Origin: Nanobdellota archaeon | GTDB lineage: Archaea; Nanobdellota; Nanobdellia; Pacearchaeales; UBA12030 | Direction of reading: 5' to 3' | Length of the DNA stretch: 32,752 nt | Assembly: GCA_013331945.1 (NCBI GenBank) | Contig: DUFK01000038.1 | Coordinates: 13,344 to 46,095 of the forward strand | Part shown: positions 17,312 through 24,733 of the stretch, piece after piece | How the letters are laid out: each line of letters starts with the position of its first letter | How positions within the stretch are numbered: the stretch's first letter is position 1 | Translations under genes and position numbers: made by a program | The notes under the pieces: generated by a model | What the model saw: only the letters and a program-made list of their open reading frames with translations | The model's database searches: none | What the model was told of the DNA's origin: nothing

Positions 17312-17668
17312 ATGGTAGAGGACACGAACATCGAAAGGCTCGCGTATATCGTTGCTAGTGAGCTGAACATGAATCTCATCCCATTTGCTTGGTCTGTTAC
17401 AAAGGCTGCACCTTATGCCTGCGAAGTGACGGGCAGGGCAAAGAGGAGCACGGGGCTCGGAGCCGCAAGTGCGGGACAGGCTGTTGTGGATTTAAGTGTC
17501 AGCGGCGCTGAGATAAGCGAGCTTACAAAGATGAATGGGATGATTGTTTCGCGCAACCTTTATACAGGCCAGAATTTCCGGACCTCAACAGATACCAGAG
17601 ACTTAGCAAATAGGATCGCACTCAAGATTGAGAGGGCGATGAAGGCACAGCTTTCTTTGACTTCTTAA
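17312..17668 (+). CDS. Hypothetical protein
   Basis: Start at ATG 17312 (MVEDTNIE); AT-rich TATA-like sequence upstream. Confidence 0.65.
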   Translation: MVEDTNIERLAYIVASELNMNLIPFAWSVTKAAPYACEVTGRAKRSTGLGAASAGQAVVDLSVSGAEISELTKMNGMIVSRNLYTGQNFRTSTDTRDLANRIALKIERAMKAQLSLTS

Positions 17669-17717
17669 ATTACACTTGGGAAGTTTTAAAAACCACAGTT
17701 AAGAAAGGAAAAGTAAT

Positions 17718-17954
17718 ATGGCAAAGGGAAGTGTGAAAGAAAACAGCAAAGAAATCACGGTCTTTTTTGATAGAGTGGGAAATACGTTAGATGTTTGGTT
17801 TGGAAAGCCAAGAAAGGCTATTTCTGAGGAAAAAGAGGAAGAATTCCTGATTAAGAGGGATATAAAGACTGGAGAAGTTGTTGGATTTGAAAAGTTTAAT
17901 GTCTTTCCAAAGAAATCCCTTAGAGAAGCAAGAGTCTTGGTTGAAGAGATTTAG
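17718..17954 (+). CDS. DUF2283-like small protein (antitoxin-like)
   Basis: ITVFFDRVGNTLDVWF...FLIKRDIKTGEVVGFE matches the YD...D.LY....D..G.vvGiE pattern of DUF2283. Confidence 0.75.
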   Translation: MAKGSVKENSKEITVFFDRVGNTLDVWFGKPRKAISEEKEEEFLIKRDIKTGEVVGFEKFNVFPKKSLREARVLVEEI

Positions 17955-18018
17955 TTAATTTTCTTAAATTCTGCGTGTATAACGTAACCTTTAAAAGTTT
18001 GTTTTACATCTTGAGACT

Positions 18019-18936
18019 ATGATAAAAAGAGGGCACGTAACGCCAGTATTAGTTGTAGCCATATTTCTCGTACTTCTTGCATCAACCCAAGTTTCTGCAC
18101 AGCAATTTCCTGTTCCTTTCAATGAATTCATCAGCGCGATGATGGAAAGTGGGTTCTTTGCGTTCATCTTCTTCTTCGGCCTTTTCTTCGTCCTGGGCAT
18201 CGCATCGTTGAGCAGGATATTTCCAAAGAATTATGCAACGCTCATAGCCTTGTTCGTAAGCCTGCTTATGACGACTTCTGCGTATTATTATGGTTATTTG
18301 GATAGGATCATGCAGGAGTTCGCAGGGCCTATTGCATTCTGGCTTTTCCTGTTGCTTATTGCGTTGTTATTTTTCTTCATGTTTATAATGCGAAAAGAGA
18401 GGCCACCTTCTTACAAGGTGGTTCTGCTTTTGCTGAGCGGCCTCGGTATTCTTGCGCTCGTAATCCTGCGTAAGGACAATGTTGCCTGGAATTACTTATC
18501 ATGGGCTGTTATTGGATTGGGGATTGTAACACTTATTGTATTCGGGATAAATTTGATTGGCCTTATTCGCGCGGGAGGCGCTGGCGGAGCGGGAGGCGGA
18601 GGAAGAGGTGGTGGTGATGACAGGCGCGGGACAGGAGAAGAAGGAGAAAAAAAAAGAGGATGGCTTGGAAAAATTCTCAGATGGCCATTCAGGCTGATTA
18701 GGGATGGAGCAAAAGAGATTGCTGAGCGGTGGAAGAAGAGGAATGAAAAGAAGAGGGGAGAAGAAGAAGGCAACAGAGGAAGAGGAGGGAGAAGGCGTGA
18801 GCCGGGGGAGGAGAGAGGAGAAGGAACAAACGTCCTCATCCTGAATGCGCCAACTATAAGAGTGAATCAGAACGTCATCTTCAATATCAGAAACATAAGG
18901 CAGATAATGCAAGTGATAAATGCGAGGTTAAGTTAA
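18019..18936 (+). CDS. Multi-pass membrane protein with Gly/Arg/Glu-rich tail
   Basis: Signal-like N-terminus plus about five hydrophobic segments, then a GGAGGAGGGGRGGG linker and a charged tail. Confidence 0.8.
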   Translation: MIKRGHVTPVLVVAIFLVLLASTQVSAQQFPVPFNEFISAMMESGFFAFIFFFGLFFVLGIASLSRIFPKNYATLIALFVSLLMTTSAYYYGYLDRIMQEFAGPIAFWLFLLLIALLFFFMFIMRKERPPSYKVVLLLLSGLGILALVILRKDNVAWNYLSWAVIGLGIVTLIVFGINLIGLIRAGGAGGAGGGGRGGGDDRRGTGEEGEKKRGWLGKILRWPFRLIRDGAKEIAERWKKRNEKKRGEEEGNRGRGGRRREPGEERGEGTNVLILNAPTIRVNQNVIFNIRNIRQIMQVINARLS

Positions 18937-18937
18937 A

Positions 18938-20272
18938 ATGGTTTGGCCTTGGAAAAAGAAAGCACAGGGAGAAGGAGAAAAAAGGGAAGAAAGAATCAGT
19001 CAGAGCAGGGGAAACGAGCAGGAAAGGGCCGAGCGGATGTTCAGGAAAGATTTTGAGTCCTATGAGAGAACAAGCGCAAGAGCGCATGCTGGCGAAAGAT
19101 TCCTTGTTGAAGTGGAGATAGGACAGCAGGGCGAAATAAAATGGCACAAGGGATATGACAAGTTTCCAGGAAAGATCGAACTTCCTACTCCTATGATTCT
19201 TGGAATCCCACCAGGAATTTATCCTGCAGTTGTAAGGCTTGTAGATTTAATGAGTGAACAGGAATATCTTGGAGAAACAAAGCTTACAGTTCTCGGTCCG
19301 GAAGGAGATAAGATTGTCAGGATTCTTTATCCGCAAGAAAGAGATTACTCTGGCCAGAAAGGAATTCCTTTCATCGCCGATATCGCAGCGCCAACTCCAT
19401 ACCATTGGATTCTTACACTGAATGGTGAGCCAGTCGCACATGATGAGCGAGAGATGCGAACCAAAATCGGATTCAGCATTCCGATAAAACAAGCAGAAGA
19501 AGTTCTCAAGAAGAGCCAGGATGGAAGAACCCATGAATTATTCTTTATCGTGAAGGATATAGATGGTAAGGCTATAGGGTACATCTCAAGAAAGTTCTTT
19601 TACAGAATTTCTGGGGCACGGGGAGGTTCTGAAGGAGCTAGCGCAGGAGCGCGAGGTGGGGGGGAGAATATAATCGATGCAGAGTTCAGTGAGGAGAAAG
19701 AAAGAGAAAAGCAGAGGGCGCTGACAGGCAGAAATCAGAAAGCTCTTCCATACAGAAAAGATTTGAAGTCTCTACCTGCATACTCGCAGTCAACGATAAA
19801 TGATGTAAGAAGCCTACAGAAAGAATTGGATAACGACAGAAAGGCGCTTGCAACTGGAACATATAACTTACACAAAAAATTGGAAAAAGTCGCGAATAAT
19901 ATCGCAAGCGTGAGGGGGGGAAAAGGAGAGAAAGATAGGAACGAAGAACTGTCTGGCTTTCAAAAGAACCTTAGAGGATTATCGCAAGATTTGAGAAAGA
20001 TCGAGAAGAATATGAGGGGCAATAGGAATATAGAACTTAAGGGAATATGTGGGATTTTAGTTTCAGTTTTAGGGAGAATACAAGAGTATGAACAGCAAAT
20101 AGAAGCAATGGGCGGGGAGAAAATCAAACAGTTAACAGGAAGATTGGCAAGCATCATAGATACAATCTTTTACAAAACAGTACAAGTCTCGCGGCTTACT
20201 AATGGTGGAATATCGGCAGAACAAGTATCCTGGAGTTCTATAGAGGGCTGGCTTAAAGGAAGAAAGGGCTGA
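18938..20272 (+). CDS. Hypothetical protein: beta-rich middle, coiled-coil C-terminus
   Basis: 444-aa ORF starting 1 nt after the previous stop; begins MVWPWKKK. Confidence 0.8.
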   Translation: MVWPWKKKAQGEGEKREERISQSRGNEQERAERMFRKDFESYERTSARAHAGERFLVEVEIGQQGEIKWHKGYDKFPGKIELPTPMILGIPPGIYPAVVRLVDLMSEQEYLGETKLTVLGPEGDKIVRILYPQERDYSGQKGIPFIADIAAPTPYHWILTLNGEPVAHDEREMRTKIGFSIPIKQAEEVLKKSQDGRTHELFFIVKDIDGKAIGYISRKFFYRISGARGGSEGASAGARGGGENIIDAEFSEEKEREKQRALTGRNQKALPYRKDLKSLPAYSQSTINDVRSLQKELDNDRKALATGTYNLHKKLEKVANNIASVRGGKGEKDRNEELSGFQKNLRGLSQDLRKIEKNMRGNRNIELKGICGILVSVLGRIQEYEQQIEAMGGEKIKQLTGRLASIIDTIFYKTVQVSRLTNGGISAEQVSWSSIEGWLKGRKG

Positions 20273-20362
20273 GAGCCCAAAACCAAAAGGTTTTTAAATA
20301 TAGAAACCACTTTAAAGTGATAACTTATTTATTGGAGAGTATAAGATAAGGAAAAAGGTAAA

Positions 20363-20914
20363 ATGGCACTTAGTGATGTTGGAAACTGGATGTGGGAAAA
20401 TCTTGTAGTCTGGCCTGTATCAAATGCAGGCAGCCTTGCGAAGATTGGAGTCGGAGCTGTCGCAGCCTATTACTTGCTGAGAATTGGCGGATGCGCAATC
20501 CAGGGAACAATGAATGGGGTCAACAGCATCGTGGAAACCGGAAGAAACATATCCTCAGAAGCCTCCCAATTTGTTGGAACACTTGATGATCAGCTTATTA
20601 CAGGAAGAAATCCGAAGGCTCTTTACTCCCCAGAAAACATAACTGAAAAAGACAGCAATGGGCAGCTATGGGTGAATTTCGCAAATGGAAGGACAAATAT
20701 AACATACAGAACTTCTGAAGGCGGGCTTTATGATATCCTTGAAAGTGATGGAAGATTCAACGAGCCCGAAATAGTAAAGTACACAGCTCCACATGGCAGG
20801 GCATTCTCCCCAAAGAAAGAAGTGGGAGACAGCCATAACACCGTGTATGTAAGGGCAGATGCGATATACAGGCATGCCACAGAACTTCTGGAGCAGAGGC
20901 TGAGGGTGAAGTAG
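20363..20914 (+). CDS. Hypothetical protein with N-terminal membrane anchor
   Basis: 183-aa ORF; hydrophobic LAKIGVGAVAAYYLL segment. Confidence 0.75.
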   Translation: MALSDVGNWMWENLVVWPVSNAGSLAKIGVGAVAAYYLLRIGGCAIQGTMNGVNSIVETGRNISSEASQFVGTLDDQLITGRNPKALYSPENITEKDSNGQLWVNFANGRTNITYRTSEGGLYDILESDGRFNEPEIVKYTAPHGRAFSPKKEVGDSHNTVYVRADAIYRHATELLEQRLRVK

Positions 20915-20988
20915 ATTTTTACTTTTCAGATTTTTTATATTCTGGAGGGAAAATACTCGAGGACATAACTCAGCTCATAGAAAAGGAT

Positions 20989-21237
20989 TTGATAAGTTCT
21001 CTAGTTCCTGATGGGGGGCCGATTGTCTTGAGGGCCATAGGTTATGACCCAGAAAAAGCTATGAAGGGAGCAGTAGAAATAGCTGGATCTAAGAAACCGG
21101 AATCAGTGGCTTATTCAGTAGGAGAATACGATTCTGATTGGCACAAATTTCCAGTCCAGTTTTATAAGTCGTACATGCTCGATGATGAAGAGGTAAAAAG
21201 AATCAGTCAAGTAGGGATTAAAGGCAGGAAGAAATGA
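20989..21237 (+). CDS. Small hypothetical protein (start uncertain)
   Basis: Stop lies 1 nt before the next ATG. The frame is open upstream of the TTG, with GGAGGG before an in-frame ATA at 20953. Confidence 0.55.
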   Translation: MISSLVPDGGPIVLRAIGYDPEKAMKGAVEIAGSKKPESVAYSVGEYDSDWHKFPVQFYKSYMLDDEEVKRISQVGIKGRKK

Positions 21238-21238
21238 G

Positions 21239-21838
21239 ATGAGAACCGAAACTAAAAATGCGGGAGGAGTAGAGTACAGCTTGATGAGCTATGAGTTCTG
21301 CCCTGGATTTAAGATTGAGCCGATAGGAACACTCAGCATCAACACCGGTATTCTTGGAGTTAGGGCTTATTCAGTAGACGATAAAGAACTTACAGAGTTC
21401 AGAAAGAAAGAGACAGCTTTCATAGATTCAATCGACGGCAGGTTTGATGGGGAACCAAAAAGATCAAGCCTCGCAAGTGTCTTGGGGGGTTATGAAAAGA
21501 CTGGGATTACGATACTCGGAAATTTTTTGTTTTCAGCACCAATCATTGGCCCTCAAAGAGTTGCTGCATTCGTGGCAGGCGCAGAGGTCGCTGGAAGTAG
21601 TGAAATAATCCCTGCTATAAACAACATAATCGGCTCGGAAAACCTTGTTTATAAATATCTTGACCTGCCTTCCTTCATTCGAGAGAGAAGCGAGGTAAGG
21701 GTGGAGGAGATTGTAGATAAGATTTATTTTTCTGTTCATCCAAGGAAAGAGAAAAGACACAGATTTATCATTGCCGCATCACTCGCAGGAATATTTAGAG
21801 AGGATTATCAGATATTAATAGAAGGGCTTAAATCTTGA
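21239..21838 (+). CDS. Hypothetical protein
   Basis: 199-aa ATG-initiated ORF co-oriented with its neighbours. Confidence 0.7.
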   Translation: MRTETKNAGGVEYSLMSYEFCPGFKIEPIGTLSINTGILGVRAYSVDDKELTEFRKKETAFIDSIDGRFDGEPKRSSLASVLGGYEKTGITILGNFLFSAPIIGPQRVAAFVAGAEVAGSSEIIPAINNIIGSENLVYKYLDLPSFIRERSEVRVEEIVDKIYFSVHPRKEKRHRFIIAASLAGIFREDYQILIEGLKS

Positions 21839-21898
21839 GGATGTGCACACCCCAATTATTCAAATCATATTAAGTAAGATAGGTAGGAAAAAATTAAG

Positions 21899-22891
21899 AT
21901 GCCAGAAAAGAATAATTCTAAATTCAGCTATATTCCTCTAGCAGCTATCGGAGGCTTAGCTCTTGGTGGAGTTTTGATTAACTCAGTTAATTCTTACACG
22001 ACAGGACAAGTCTACCAAGGAAAATTGGAATGGAGATATAACCAATATTCTTCTGCAAAAGTCGGCGGAGGAGCAGAAGGACTAAGATTTCCAAAAATTC
22101 CAGATAATATAGACTCTAAAACCAGAAGAGAATGGGTGGATAGACTAGAGTCTATGGAAAATTCCTGCGAGCAGAATCTAGAAGGCATAATCAAGTTTTC
22201 TGAAAGCAATAAAAAGGAGCTAGTGGAGTTGACTAACACGGGATATGAGCACTATGGACTTGTTGAAAGATCCGGAGATGGCTTGAAACTAAAGGTAAAC
22301 TCTGGATGGAAAAGAGATGTACTAAAATATATAGACGAGATACTTTCTGGAAACTACGCGCATACAGAAGATTTAATCAGAGAATCAGAATCTCATTCAA
22401 TAGTCCACCCGGACATAGTCAAAAAATTAGGTGAGGTCAGGGGATATACTTCCGGAAGAGAGATAGTAGAAGATGCTATTAACATGATTCAGACCTATAA
22501 AGAATACGAAGGCCTTTCTGGAGAAGAAAGAAGCAAAGTAGCAATAGGCTCTATAGATAAAGCAACTGGGACATTCAGAGCGGCTTCTCAAGAGGAGTTA
22601 ATAAATAGATACAAATTCGGAAAATTAATCCTCGGCGGACTAGCAAAACTTGATGTCGGAAGCACATCGCAGGTAACTATCGATGGAGATTTCCTAGACA
22701 ACAACAGTATTGCTGCGAGATTCCATACGCATCCAAAAGACGACAAGAACTTTCAGCCATCTGATTTGGATGAGGCGAACACTTTCATCGCTGGACCAAA
22801 TGTCTTGTTCAGTCAAAGCGGAGGGAAGCTGCACGTTTATCTGATTTCCAAAGGGAAATCAAGAGAGATTTATACTTCTGAAGTGAAATAA
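21899..22891 (+). CDS. Membrane-anchored protein with JAB/MPN-like metal-binding motif
   Basis: N-terminal TM; YEHYGLV (E117) and RFHTHP...PSDLD (H276, H278, S288, D291). Confidence 0.65.
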   Translation: MPEKNNSKFSYIPLAAIGGLALGGVLINSVNSYTTGQVYQGKLEWRYNQYSSAKVGGGAEGLRFPKIPDNIDSKTRREWVDRLESMENSCEQNLEGIIKFSESNKKELVELTNTGYEHYGLVERSGDGLKLKVNSGWKRDVLKYIDEILSGNYAHTEDLIRESESHSIVHPDIVKKLGEVRGYTSGREIVEDAINMIQTYKEYEGLSGEERSKVAIGSIDKATGTFRAASQEELINRYKFGKLILGGLAKLDVGSTSQVTIDGDFLDNNSIAARFHTHPKDDKNFQPSDLDEANTFIAGPNVLFSQSGGKLHVYLISKGKSREIYTSEVK

Positions 22892-22938
22892 ATAAAACTC
22901 TAAAACCACTTCTCTAGTCCAGCATAATCCAATCCATC

Positions 22939-23364
22939 TTATAATCTGTCTAAAAATTCTTTCGGGCTTACAATTTTTGTTCCCCTGAATTCCCTTATGT
23001 TAAGCAGGTGCTTGTCACCGCTTACCACAAAATCTGCTTTTGATTCTAAAGCCGCTTCTAGAAATTTGTTATCTGCCTTATCCTCTTTCACTACATCTAG
23101 CTTTATTCTTGGTTTTATTGATTTACTAAGCCTAACAAAATTATCTATTATAAAATCCCTATGGGCAGGCGATGTAAGGTCCTTAATCTTTGGTCTGGAG
23201 AAAACATCTTTTATTTCGTCGGTGATTTCCAAACTCGTGAAATTATCTACTCTTTCTAAGAGCAATAACTCAAAAACTCTCGAGGGGTTACTGTCCCTAG
23301 CTAAAGCAGCTGAAATAATAACATTCGTGTCTAAAACAACCTTAAGCTTTTCTTGCCTTGGCAA
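22939..23364 (-). CDS. vapC: PIN-domain toxin (VapC-like, PIN_3 type)
   Basis: VVLDTNVIISA, DEIKDV, EDKADNKFLEAA, VVSGDKHLL. Confidence 0.92.
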   Translation of the reverse strand: MPRQEKLKVVLDTNVIISAALARDSNPSRVFELLLLERVDNFTSLEITDEIKDVFSRPKIKDLTSPAHRDFIIDNFVRLSKSIKPRIKLDVVKEDKADNKFLEAALESKADFVVSGDKHLLNIREFRGTKIVSPKEFLDRL

Positions 23365-23599
23365 TTTCCTCTTCTATTTCTCCTTTTGAAAGTTTATTTT
23401 TAATGCTAGCCCTCAGGTTTCTAAATTCCCTGATAAGCTTTAGTTTGTCCATTTTCCTCAGTACTAGAGTTTCTTTGTCTATAGGGGTCACAACAAAGAT
23501 CGTATCCTTATCTGCATGGATGTAATCTCTCATCCCTTTTGGGATTATAACCTGTCCTTTTGTGGACATCTTAGTCTCTTCTACTTGTTCGAATACCAT
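23342..23599 (-). CDS. vapB: AbrB/MazE-family antitoxin
   Basis: KMSTKGQVIIPKGMRD; overlaps the toxin start by 23 nt. Confidence 0.9.
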   Translation of the reverse strand: MVFEQVEETKMSTKGQVIIPKGMRDYIHADKDTIFVVTPIDKETLVLRKMDKLKLIREFRNLRASIKNKLSKGEIEEEIAKARKA

Positions 23600-23606
23600 T
23601 TTAAGA

Positions 23607-23630
23607 AAGTAAGACATTCTTACTTATAAA
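23607..23630 (-). promoter_or_regulatory. vapBC operator palindrome overlapping the TATA box
   Basis: Perfect inverted repeat aagtaaga-cat-tcttactt (23607-23625) overlapping minus-strand TTTATAAG (23630-23623). Confidence 0.7.
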
Positions 23631-23644
23631 CTTTCCTATTTCCT

Positions 23645-24676
23645 TCAGAACCACTTCTCCAATCCAGCCTGCGAGGCTTTCTCTCGTGCATGCCTTAGCT
23701 TTTCAAGGGCACTTTCCACACGTTCTTCGCTGAAGTCATGCTCTCCGCACAGAATTTTCTTCACTTTCCCTTCATCTGCTTGTGAAAAATTTACTTTGTA
23801 CTCTTTTGTTGTCGGAATCTTGAGGAAAGTCTCGAGGACTTCTTGGGGATCGAATTCGATAGGCGCTTTCGCCGCCTTCTCTGCCGCGGCAAATACTTTG
23901 CCCGCACTTTTTTCCTGATGTATTAAGTCGAGAGCTTTCTTTGGACCTATCCCCTTGTATCCTCCGGGATTGTAATCAGTGCCGACAAGGATTCCAAGCA
24001 AGATTAATTGTTCCTGAGTGAGTTCCAGCTCTTGCAGGACTTCTTTCAGTGAAATCATGGCTGGCTTCACTTCTACGAAACCCATCGCGATCTTTCTTTT
24101 CTTTGCCAGCGTCAAGTTTTGGAGCAAAAGCGGAGAGCCGAAAAGAAGAGAATCAAAATCCTGGGATGCAACTGCGTATGCATCTCCTCTTTGCACGATG
24201 AATGCAGCCTGCGCCTCTCCTTCACTCGGTGCCTGCACGCATGGAAGTCCCATTGCCTCAAGCAAGTGCTTGCTCTCCTCTACCATCTCTTTCGAGAGCC
24301 TTGAGGTCTGGCGTGCGAACTTGGCCATCTCTTCGAGCTCTTCACGTGCCTTGGCATCTTCATATTTCTTGTGCGCTTCCTGTTTGCGCGCTTCGCGCGC
24401 AGCCTGTTCTGCGTGCTTCAGCTTCGGGGCCTGGCCGTCAAAGACAAAGATTGGCTTGATCCCCTGTGAAAGAAGATTGTTAAAGCGATAGAAAAGGCCC
24501 GAAAGGTGCGAGGTAACGCGCCCCTTGGAGTCCATGAGGGGTGTGCCGTCTATCTGCCTGATAGTAGTCAGGAACTGGAAAATGGTGTTGAAGGCATCTA
24601 CTGCCACTACCCTATTGCGCAGCTGCTCAAAAGTCACTTCCTTCTTCTTCACAAGATCTCCTAATTGGACTCCCAT
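23645..24676 (-). CDS. fen: Flap endonuclease 1
   Basis: MGVQLGDL, AVDAFNTIFQFL, TSHLSGLFYR, FVFDG, APSEGEAQAA, SQDFDSLLFG, GTDYNPGG, GIGPK; C-terminal PIP box QAGLEKWF. Confidence 0.98.
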   Translation of the reverse strand: MGVQLGDLVKKKEVTFEQLRNRVVAVDAFNTIFQFLTTIRQIDGTPLMDSKGRVTSHLSGLFYRFNNLLSQGIKPIFVFDGQAPKLKHAEQAAREARKQEAHKKYEDAKAREELEEMAKFARQTSRLSKEMVEESKHLLEAMGLPCVQAPSEGEAQAAFIVQRGDAYAVASQDFDSLLFGSPLLLQNLTLAKKRKIAMGFVEVKPAMISLKEVLQELELTQEQLILLGILVGTDYNPGGYKGIGPKKALDLIHQEKSAGKVFAAAEKAAKAPIEFDPQEVLETFLKIPTTKEYKVNFSQADEGKVKKILCGEHDFSEERVESALEKLRHAREKASQAGLEKWF

Positions 24677-24702
24677 TTTTTCCATTTAGGATTATCCAGC
24701 AT

Positions 24703-24714
24703 AATTTATAAATT
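24703..24714. promoter_or_regulatory. Palindromic bidirectional TATA box shared by fen and polB
   Basis: aatttataaatt near the centre of a 57-bp divergent intergenic region. Confidence 0.6.
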
Positions 24715-24733
24715 TCTCTTTCTTTTGCACATC

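Noticed and set aside
18570-18830. Purine-rich low-complexity tract as a mobile or repeat element
   Set aside because: Explained by Gly/Arg/Glu codons of the membrane protein tail; no fixed period or terminal repeats.
15835-22891. Provirus or integrated plasmid among the hypothetical genes
   Set aside because: No integrase, capsid, terminase, packaging ATPase or Rep motif recognised, and no att repeats seen; cannot be fully excluded without profile searches.
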